Part shown: piece by piece, positions 17,618 to 24,702 of the stretch | How positions within the stretch are numbered: position 1 is the stretch's first letter | Layout: each line of letters begins with the position of its first letter | Assembly (NCBI GenBank): GCA_965205655.1 | Contig: CBDBIJ010000040.1 | Location: 1 to 27,379 of the forward strand | DNA from: Candidatus Latescibacterota bacterium | Lineage (GTDB): Bacteria; Latescibacterota; UBA2968; UBA8231 | Direction of reading: 5' to 3' | DNA length: 27,379 nucleotides | Translations under genes and position numbers: made by a program | Notes under the pieces: model-generated | Told to the model about the DNA's origin: nothing | Database searches by the model: none | What the model saw: only the letters and a program-made list of their open reading frames with translations

Positions 17618-19855
17618 ATGGGCATTATGATTCTCGTCCGCGAAGCGTTCTCCAAGGTGCCCGGCTGGGTGCTCCCGCCGGCCTTGTTTCTCGTCGTCGG
17701 TCTCGTCTTTTCAAATTCCCTGGACTCCTCCTTCCACTACGACGACGCTCACTCAATTGTCGACAATCCACATATCAGATCTCTACGGAACGTCGGCGAA
17801 TTCTTTTTCGATTCAGCCACTTTTTCGAATGAGCCGTCCATGGCGATGTACCGGCCTCTCCTGCAGAGCACGTATGCCATCAACTACGCACTGGGTGGGT
17901 ATGGCGCCTACGGATACCACCTCTTCAACGTCGTGCTGCACGCCCTGTGTGCCTGCGCCGTATACGCAGTCCTGCGGGTCGTTTCTGGATCGGCAGTGGT
18001 TGGGCTCGCCGGAGGTGCCCTGTTCGGTCTGCATCCCGTTCACGCGCAGGCTGTGAACTACATCAGCAGTCGTTCGGAGTTGCTGTGCAGCCTAGGAGTG
18101 CTGTTTTCGTTTTGCCTGATCGCCAGCAGGCGCAGTCTGGCCGCCGCCGGAGGCGCGTACTGGGCGGCCTTGATGTCCAAGTCAACCGCGGTGAGCCTCG
18201 TTCCCATTCTGGCGTTGTTTCAGCGGTCGAATCGCCCGTCGCCCGGGTGGAAGCGCCTCGTGCCGTTCGCATGCCTCTCCATCGCCTACATCGGCATCAT
18301 TTCCCTGGACGGCTTTCTGCCGAAATCCCTCGCCCAGGATGTGCGTCCCTACGCCACTCAGATCTACACCCAACTCACGGCGATCCCCTACTATCTGAAG
18401 CTGCTCGCCATGCCGGTATCGCTGGCCGTCGAGCACCAGTTCCACGAGGCGAACGGACTGTGGAATGGCGTTGTGCTTTCCAGTTTAGGCCTGGTGTCGT
18501 CGATGGTCTTCGGTGTGGCTCGATTTGCCCGTCACCAAACATGGTTGGGCTTCGGCATAGGTTGGTTCCTCGCCGGGCTCGGGTTGACTTTCCTCGTTCC
18601 GTTGAACGTGCTCGTGAGCGAACATCGCCTCTATCTGCCCTCCGTAGGGCTCCTGTTCGTGCTTGCCGGAGCGCTACAGCCGCGTCGCGAGATAAGGACG
18701 ATGTCGGAGCCTGTCCGGGCTGAAACCCGGCGACGCCCTGTCCTCATCTGGCCAGCATTCTGTGGCGTTGGCCTGCTGTTCGCTATTTTGACTCTTCAGC
18801 GCAACCGCGTCTGGCAGGACGAGCTCACCCTTTGGCAGGACGCCGTTTCCAAAGCCCCCAACATGTTCCGCGCACAAAGCAACCTGGCGCTCGCCCTGCA
18901 CAACGCGGGCGATCTACAGAGCGCGCGGGTCGCCTACGAGCGCGCCCTGAGCCTGAATCCGAATTACAGCAAGACGTGGAACAATGCGGGAACTCTGTAT
19001 GAATCTCTTGGAATGGACGATCGCGCCGAAGCTGCGTTTCTGAAAGCGCTGAAGCTTCGTCCGGATCTGTCGGGAACGCTCAACAATCTCGGGAAGTTTC
19101 ACCTGCATAGCGGCAGAGTTGCTCAGGCTGAACAATATCTTCGCCGGGCCCTCGCGGTGAATCCGCAGAATGTGGAAGCGCGGGTGAATATCGGCCGGCT
19201 GTGGCAGCGGACCGGCTCGATTTCGGCGGCAGAGGCGGAGTACGGTGAGGCGCTCCGCATAGACCCCGTCTTTGCGCCTGCCTACAACAATCTCGGACTG
19301 CTGTACGCGGAGACTGGTCGACCCGGCGAGGCACTCGAAGCGCTGCGTCGGGCTGTGGAGCTGGCTCCCGATGATCGCTCCGCACATATCAACCTGCGAC
19401 TCGAAGAGCTGTCACAGTCCGGAACCCCGCCGGCGCAAGCGTATCGGGAAGTCCTTACGAGCTTTCCAGGCGAAACCGAGTTGTGGCTGGCTCTGGCGGA
19501 ACTCAACATGCGGCAGCGGCAGTGGCAAGATGCGGTGATGGCCTATGAGGAGGTCTTGACTCGACACCCTCGGCAGCAGGGGCTGATGCGCCATCTGGCG
19601 GACGCCTACCGAGGGGCCGGACAACTGGAGAAGTCGATCGCGGCATACGAGGCAGCGGTGTCCGAGGATCAGGGGAATGCCGCGATCCGCAACAACCTGG
19701 CCTCAGCCTACGCCGCACACGGAATGGTCGACGAAGCAATCCTGGCCTGTCGACGCGCCCTCGACCTCGACCCGGACGACGAACGAGCCTTGGGCAATCT
19801 CCGCAAGCTGCTGGTCAGGCGCTCGCAACAATCCTCGGAATTTTCTCGTAAGTGA
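17618..19855 (+). CDS. TMTC-like GT-C + TPR protein, copy 9 (~745 aa, long TPR tail)
   Basis: FHYDDAHSI, MYRPL, HPVHAQAVNYISSRSE, PLNVLVSEHRLYLPS, QRNRVW, ~350-aa TPR tail. Start uncertain (17600 TTG, 17618 or 17627 ATG). Confidence 0.87.
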   Translation: MGIMILVREAFSKVPGWVLPPALFLVVGLVFSNSLDSSFHYDDAHSIVDNPHIRSLRNVGEFFFDSATFSNEPSMAMYRPLLQSTYAINYALGGYGAYGYHLFNVVLHALCACAVYAVLRVVSGSAVVGLAGGALFGLHPVHAQAVNYISSRSELLCSLGVLFSFCLIASRRSLAAAGGAYWAALMSKSTAVSLVPILALFQRSNRPSPGWKRLVPFACLSIAYIGIISLDGFLPKSLAQDVRPYATQIYTQLTAIPYYLKLLAMPVSLAVEHQFHEANGLWNGVVLSSLGLVSSMVFGVARFARHQTWLGFGIGWFLAGLGLTFLVPLNVLVSEHRLYLPSVGLLFVLAGALQPRREIRTMSEPVRAETRRRPVLIWPAFCGVGLLFAILTLQRNRVWQDELTLWQDAVSKAPNMFRAQSNLALALHNAGDLQSARVAYERALSLNPNYSKTWNNAGTLYESLGMDDRAEAAFLKALKLRPDLSGTLNNLGKFHLHSGRVAQAEQYLRRALAVNPQNVEARVNIGRLWQRTGSISAAEAEYGEALRIDPVFAPAYNNLGLLYAETGRPGEALEALRRAVELAPDDRSAHINLRLEELSQSGTPPAQAYREVLTSFPGETELWLALAELNMRQRQWQDAVMAYEEVLTRHPRQQGLMRHLADAYRGAGQLEKSIAAYEAAVSEDQGNAAIRNNLASAYAAHGMVDEAILACRRALDLDPDDERALGNLRKLLVRRSQQSSEFSRK

Positions 19856-19859
19856 CTGT

Positions 19860-19888
19860 TTGACAGGCAGATGGGCTTGTTTTAACTT
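19860..19888 (+). promoter_or_regulatory. Putative sigma70-type promoter for the lepA block
   Basis: TTGACA (19860-19865), 17-bp spacer, TAACTT (19883-19888), in the only sizeable intergenic gap of the window. Confidence 0.6.
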
Positions 19889-19997
19889 TTCTGCAGCTGT
19901 CGTTCGCGGTATCGTCCATCTCGCCGATTTTCCCCGCCACGAACCAACCCCAGATTACAGCCGATTGCTCAGGGGGTGCCCCTGAGAGCTTTCCTCT

Positions 19998-21797
19998 ATG
20001 GATCTCAGCCGCATCCGCAACTTCTGCATCGTCGCGCACATCGATCATGGCAAATCGACTCTGGCCGATCGGATGCTGGAGCAAACGGCCACGCTCGACG
20101 CCAACCAGATGCAGGATCAGGTCCTCGACAACATGGATCTCGAGCGCGAGCGAGGGATCACCATCAAAGCACACGCGGTACGCATGCGCTATCTGGCGGC
20201 AAACGGCGAGGAGTACGAATTCAACCTCATCGACACGCCGGGACACGTCGACTTCACCTACGAGGTTTCGCGCAGCATGGCCGCCTGCGAGGGAGCGCTG
20301 CTGCTGGTAGACGCAACCCAGGGGGTGGAGGCGCAGACTGTGAGCAACCTGCTGATGGCGCTCAACAACGACCTGCTCATCATCCCGTGCATAAACAAGA
20401 TTGACATGCCGGCAGCGGAGATCGACGGGGCCAGGCAGCAGATCCTCGATCTCGTCGGGGGCGAGCCGGAGGAGACCTTCTGCATAAGCGCCAAGGACGG
20501 GATCGGCATCGACGACGTAATGGACGCCATCGTAGAGCGCATTCCGCCTCCCGCAGGAGCTGTAGATGGCCCGCTCCGGGCGCTCATCTTCGACTCCCTC
20601 TACGACCAGTATAGAGGTGTCATCTGCTTTATCAGGGTCGTCGACGGAGCCATCTGCAAAGGCCAAAGAATCAGATTTCACTCGACCGGACGCGAACATG
20701 AGGTCGAAGAAATCGGAATTCTTCGGCTCGATCGGATTCCGGTGGATACTCTGCACACGGGGGAAGTGGGTTACCTCATCGCCGGCATGAAGAACCTCTC
20801 CGAGGCGCGGGTCGGAGACACCGTGGCTGCCGCAGGCGGCGAAGCGTCCGAGCCGCTCTCCGGCTACAAACCGCTCAAGCCGATGGTATTCAGTGGCCTC
20901 TACCCGATCAACTCGGAGGAGCACGCCCTGCTGCGGGATGCCCTCGATCGCTTGCGGCTGAACGATGCCGCCTTCTCGTACGAGCCTGAATCGTCACCGG
21001 CGCTGGGGTTCGGGTTCAGGTGCGGGTTTCTGGGTCTGCTGCACATGGAGATCATCCAAGAGCGACTGGACCGCGAGTATAACGTCGATATCATCACCAC
21101 CTTGCCGAACGTGCGCTACGAAATCGAGACGAAGAGAGGCGAGGTCGTAGAGGTCGAGAATCCGTCTGCCATGCCGCCCGTCGTCGATGTCGAGGAGATT
21201 CGGGAGCCTATTCTCGACGCGCAGATCCTGACGCCCGCCGAGTACATTGGCAGCGTCATGCGGATAGCGAACGATCGCCGAGGGACCTACTTGAACACGG
21301 AGTACCTCGACGGAAGTCGCGCCATTCTCCACTACGAGCTTCCTCTCGCCGAAGTTGTTGTCGATTTCTACGACAAGCTCAAGTCGGTTTCGCGGGGGTA
21401 CGCATCCTTCGACTACGAGCACAAGGGCATGACGGCGAGCGACCTCGTTCGTCTCGACGTACTCATCAACGGCGATCTCCTCGACGCCCTCGCTGCCATC
21501 ATCCACCGCGACAAGGCGTATGAATGGGGTAAGCGCCTGTGTTCGAAGCTCAAGGAGCTCATCCCGCGGCAGATGTTCGAAGTCATCATTCAAGCGGCGA
21601 TCGGCAATAAGGTGATCGCGCGCGAAACCGTGCGTCCCTTCCGCAAGAATGTGATCGCCAAGTGCTACGGCGGCGATGTGACCCGCAAGAGGAAGCTGCT
21701 GGAGCGCCAGAAGGAAGGGAAGAAGCGGATGAAGCAGTTCGGGCAGGTAGAGATCCCGCAGGAGGCCTTTCTGGCCGCCCTGAAAATCGAAGAATGA
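19998..21797 (+). CDS. lepA: Translation elongation factor 4 (LepA)
   Basis: IRNFCIVAHIDHGKSTLADR, ERERGITIKA, NLIDTPGHVDF, GFRCGFLGLLHMEI, AKCYGGDVTRKRKLLERQKEGKKRMK; 599 aa. Confidence 0.99.
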   Translation: MDLSRIRNFCIVAHIDHGKSTLADRMLEQTATLDANQMQDQVLDNMDLERERGITIKAHAVRMRYLAANGEEYEFNLIDTPGHVDFTYEVSRSMAACEGALLLVDATQGVEAQTVSNLLMALNNDLLIIPCINKIDMPAAEIDGARQQILDLVGGEPEETFCISAKDGIGIDDVMDAIVERIPPPAGAVDGPLRALIFDSLYDQYRGVICFIRVVDGAICKGQRIRFHSTGREHEVEEIGILRLDRIPVDTLHTGEVGYLIAGMKNLSEARVGDTVAAAGGEASEPLSGYKPLKPMVFSGLYPINSEEHALLRDALDRLRLNDAAFSYEPESSPALGFGFRCGFLGLLHMEIIQERLDREYNVDIITTLPNVRYEIETKRGEVVEVENPSAMPPVVDVEEIREPILDAQILTPAEYIGSVMRIANDRRGTYLNTEYLDGSRAILHYELPLAEVVVDFYDKLKSVSRGYASFDYEHKGMTASDLVRLDVLINGDLLDALAAIIHRDKAYEWGKRLCSKLKELIPRQMFEVIIQAAIGNKVIARETVRPFRKNVIAKCYGGDVTRKRKLLERQKEGKKRMKQFGQVEIPQEAFLAALKIEE

Positions 21798-21804
21798 TCT
21801 GGCG

Positions 21805-22566
21805 ATGACACGGGTTCAGTCGAGAGGTTATGGAAACAGTGCTGGAGAGCAGGGCGTTGGAAAGCGTCGCTCGAGAAGTCAGAGGGCGGCGAAGCGAAGG
21901 GAGGGAAGGGCCAGGAAGTGGTTGAACACCCGCTCTGTGCTGGTCGCCGCCGCTCTCGTCAGCGTAGCCGCGCTCGCGATTCAGGGAGTGCGCATGCCAT
22001 CGCGTTCCATGGAGAACACGCTCCTGGCAGGAGAGCATGTCCTGGTGGAGAAGGTGACCTTCGGAATTCCGATTCCCTACACCAGGTTCCGACTGCCGGC
22101 CCTGAGGGCACCTGTCGGTGGCGATGTCATCCTTTTGCGACACCCGCAGGACGCGAGACGAGCCTACGTGAAACGCTGCGTCGCGGTGTCGGGGCAGACT
22201 GTCGAGATGCGAGACAAGGCCGTGTACGTCGACGGCAGCCGTGTCGCCGATCCGACCCATTCGAAATACCTCGACCCCAGGATCGTGCCGGCGTGGAAAA
22301 GCGGAAGAGATAATCTCAGCACTCGACAGGTGCCGCCGGGATTTCTCTTCGTCATGGGCGACAACCGCGACAACAGTCGCGACAGCCGTCACTGGGGGTT
22401 CCTTCCAGTAGAGAACGTGATCGGGAGGGTTTGCAGTGTCTACTGGTCGTCGACGCCTTCGCCTCCTGGCAGTGGCGCCGGGTCGCGCCTCGGTCGTCTG
22501 TCGATATGGGCAGTTTCACTGCCAGAGCGCATTCGATGGAGTCGGATAGGAGCAGACGTGTCGTGA
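21805..22566 (+). CDS. lepB: Signal peptidase I
   Basis: TM segment followed by PSRSMENTL (catalytic Ser), AYVKRCV (catalytic Lys) and FVMGDNRDNSRDSRHWG. Directly after lepA. Confidence 0.95.
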   Translation: MTRVQSRGYGNSAGEQGVGKRRSRSQRAAKRREGRARKWLNTRSVLVAAALVSVAALAIQGVRMPSRSMENTLLAGEHVLVEKVTFGIPIPYTRFRLPALRAPVGGDVILLRHPQDARRAYVKRCVAVSGQTVEMRDKAVYVDGSRVADPTHSKYLDPRIVPAWKSGRDNLSTRQVPPGFLFVMGDNRDNSRDSRHWGFLPVENVIGRVCSVYWSSTPSPPGSGAGSRLGRLSIWAVSLPERIRWSRIGADVS

Positions 22567-23804
22567 GTGCCCTGGACTCCCGCTATTTGGCGAGCGAACC
22601 AACGGGCGGACTCGGTCTCTATTTCCACATTCCGTTTTGTCCGCAGCGCTGCCCCTACTGCGGCTTCGCCGTTGTCACCGGCAATCAGGATGTGCGCCAG
22701 CGCTACACAGAAGCGGTTTGCACTGAGATTGGCGACCGAAGAGCTGTCTCCGACCGCAAGACGGTCGCGGACCGAAGAGCTGTCGATACTATCTTCTTCG
22801 GTGGCGGCACTCCCAGCCGGCTCGATGCTCGGCATTTGGATCGTATCATGTCAGCTGTCGAGAAGAGGTTCGTCGTAGATCCCGGCGCCGAGATAGCAAT
22901 CGAAGTGAATCCCGGCGCTGCCGACAGGGGCAAGTTCGGGGACTTTCGGCAGCTGGGCTTCAACCGCATCAGCATCGGCGCCCAGTCCTTTTGCGATTCC
23001 AGCCTGAAGCGTCTCGGCCGTCGCCACACTGCCGACGATGCCCTCGCTGCCTTTGCGAGTGCGCGGGAATGCGGATTTGACAATGTCAGTCTCGACCTGA
23101 TTTTCAGCATTCCGAACGTTTCGGCCGAAAACTGGCGCCGCAGTTTGGAAACGGCCGTCGCGCTGCACCCCGAGCATGTTTCGATCTACGGACTGACCAT
23201 CGAGGAAGGCACGGCCTTTCACTCGGGCGTGAGCGAGGGTCGTATGGAGACTTTGAGCGATGAAGAGGACGGGCGTCAGTACGAAGCGGGAATTCAGGCA
23301 CTGACTGCGGCTGGCTACGAGCATTACGAGGTCTCCAACTTCGCGATGCCGGCGTGCCGCTCGCGTCACAACTGGCGCTATTGGACCGGCGACGAGTACC
23401 TGGGACTCGGCATGTCCGCTCACAGCTACATCGGCGACTGCAGAAGCTGGAATACCGTTGACTTGATCGATTACATGCAGCGTGTTGAAAGCGGCAGATC
23501 GCCATCCGACGGCGCCGAACATGTCGACGTGAACACGAGGCGACGCGAGAGAATATGGCTCGGACTGCGCACGTGCGAAGGGCTCGAGCTCGACCCCGCC
23601 GAGGAGCTCGCGCTTCTGCAGCGGGCCCGCTTTCACAGTCTTGTGAAGGATTCGTTCATCAGTCTGGATGCGAGAAGACTGAAGCTCGCCGAAAGAGGTT
23701 TTTTAGTCGCCGACGCTCTCGGCACTGAAGTCATCGCCATGCTGGAACCACTCTGGACAGAAGGTGAAGCGAGTTCGCGTCACAGTACCGGCGTCCTCTG
23801 CTAA
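22563..23804 (+). CDS. hemW: Radical SAM heme chaperone HemW (HemN-like)
   Basis: GLYFHIPFCPQRCPYC (CxxxCxxC), TIFFGGGTPS, NRISIGAQSF, YEVSNFA and HNWRYW (HNxxYW typical of HemW). GTG start at 22563 overlaps the lepB stop. Confidence 0.9.
   Translation: MSALDSRYLASEPTGGLGLYFHIPFCPQRCPYCGFAVVTGNQDVRQRYTEAVCTEIGDRRAVSDRKTVADRRAVDTIFFGGGTPSRLDARHLDRIMSAVEKRFVVDPGAEIAIEVNPGAADRGKFGDFRQLGFNRISIGAQSFCDSSLKRLGRRHTADDALAAFASARECGFDNVSLDLIFSIPNVSAENWRRSLETAVALHPEHVSIYGLTIEEGTAFHSGVSEGRMETLSDEEDGRQYEAGIQALTAAGYEHYEVSNFAMPACRSRHNWRYWTGDEYLGLGMSAHSYIGDCRSWNTVDLIDYMQRVESGRSPSDGAEHVDVNTRRRERIWLGLRTCEGLELDPAEELALLQRARFHSLVKDSFISLDARRLKLAERGFLVADALGTEVIAMLEPLWTEGEASSRHSTGVLC
22734..22787 (+). repeat. Three 18-nt tandem units within hemW (DRRAVS-DRKTVA-DRRAVD)
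   Basis: GACCGAAGAGCTGTC is identical at 22734 and 22770; the middle unit GACCGCAAGACGGTCGCG is degenerate. Confidence 0.75.
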
Positions 23805-24702
23805 TCTGGGACCCGGGTTCGACTGTATAGGGCTGGCTCTATCGCTGTACCATACCCTCACGGTGACGGAACGTCCTGGTCCTGGTCACAGTCTCGATAT
23901 TCACGTGACCGGAGAGGGTGCCGACCTGATCGCCAAAACCGAGAAAAACGCCGTCTACAGGGCCATGCTGAGCGTATCGGAGGCGAGCGGATATGAATGG
24001 GGCCATCTTGAGATGGAATCCCACAGCGAGATTCCGATGTCCAGCGGCCTCGGCAGCAGCGCCGCTGCGGTGCTGGCCGGCCTGGCGGCGGGGAGTCTGT
24101 TGACAGGGCGAGCACTGGACCACCAGGATTTGCTCAGAGCGGGCCTTTCGATAGAAGGGCACTCGGACAATGTGGTGCCCAGTCTCCTCGGCGGATTCGC
24201 GGTCGCATGTGCGGGGGCGGACGGTTCGCTGGATTTCATCAAGTTGGATGTTCCAGCGGGCGTCGAGGCGGTTGTGGCGGTACCTGACTTTCGCCTTTCC
24301 ACTGCCGATTCGAGGCGCGTGCTTCCGGAGATGGTGGCATTCGACGATGCCGTGCGCAATCACGCGAGAGTGGCCTTGCTGACCGCAGCTATGGCGAGCG
24401 GAAAACTCGATTTCTTGCGGACGGCGATGGCGGATTGCCTGCACCAGCCCTATCGCATCGAGCTCGTGCCAGGGTTCGACGATGTCCGCGATGCCGCCCT
24501 GGAAGCTGGAGCGATCGGAGCAGCTCTCAGCGGCGCGGGACCGGCCGTAATCGCCCTCGTGCGAGCAGGAGAGGATCGTCCAGGTCCGGCGATGCAGGAA
24601 GCATGGCGCAGCCATGGTATAACGTCGAGGGTCATCACACCATCGGTGGACCGCGATGGACTCAGATGGAGTCTGGACGATCAACAGGAAGAGTTGGGAT
24701 GA
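23764..24702 (+). CDS. thrB: Homoserine kinase (GHMP family)
   Basis: VRVTVPASSANLGPGFDCIGLAL, IPMSSGLGSSAA, EGHSDNV, LHQPYR, LSGAGP; 312 aa. Confidence 0.93.
   Translation: MKRVRVTVPASSANLGPGFDCIGLALSLYHTLTVTERPGPGHSLDIHVTGEGADLIAKTEKNAVYRAMLSVSEASGYEWGHLEMESHSEIPMSSGLGSSAAAVLAGLAAGSLLTGRALDHQDLLRAGLSIEGHSDNVVPSLLGGFAVACAGADGSLDFIKLDVPAGVEAVVAVPDFRLSTADSRRVLPEMVAFDDAVRNHARVALLTAAMASGKLDFLRTAMADCLHQPYRIELVPGFDDVRDAALEAGAIGAALSGAGPAVIALVRAGEDRPGPAMQEAWRSHGITSRVITPSVDRDGLRWSLDDQQEELG

Noticed and set aside
1220..18075. Recurrent near-identical DNA words such as AACTACATCAGCAGC and ATGTACCG(G/C)CC at about 2-kb spacing
   Set aside because: They encode conserved protein motifs (NYISS, MYRP) of the paralogues; not CRISPR repeats or recombination sites.
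1..19855. Idea that the TPR array is an anti-phage or toxin system
   Set aside because: No nuclease, NTPase, protease or other effector motifs; the membrane domain carries GT-C motifs and the embedded genes are glycan-related.
19815..20924. 369-aa minus-strand ORF, and similar long antisense ORFs (12098-13111, 23839-24684, 26318-27100)
   Set aside because: They mostly or fully overlap well-supported plus-strand genes; typical high-GC shadow frames.
22563..23804. Annotation as true coproporphyrinogen dehydrogenase HemN
   Set aside because: It lacks the N-terminal PRYTSYP segment of HemN and has the HNxxYW motif and lepA linkage typical of HemW.
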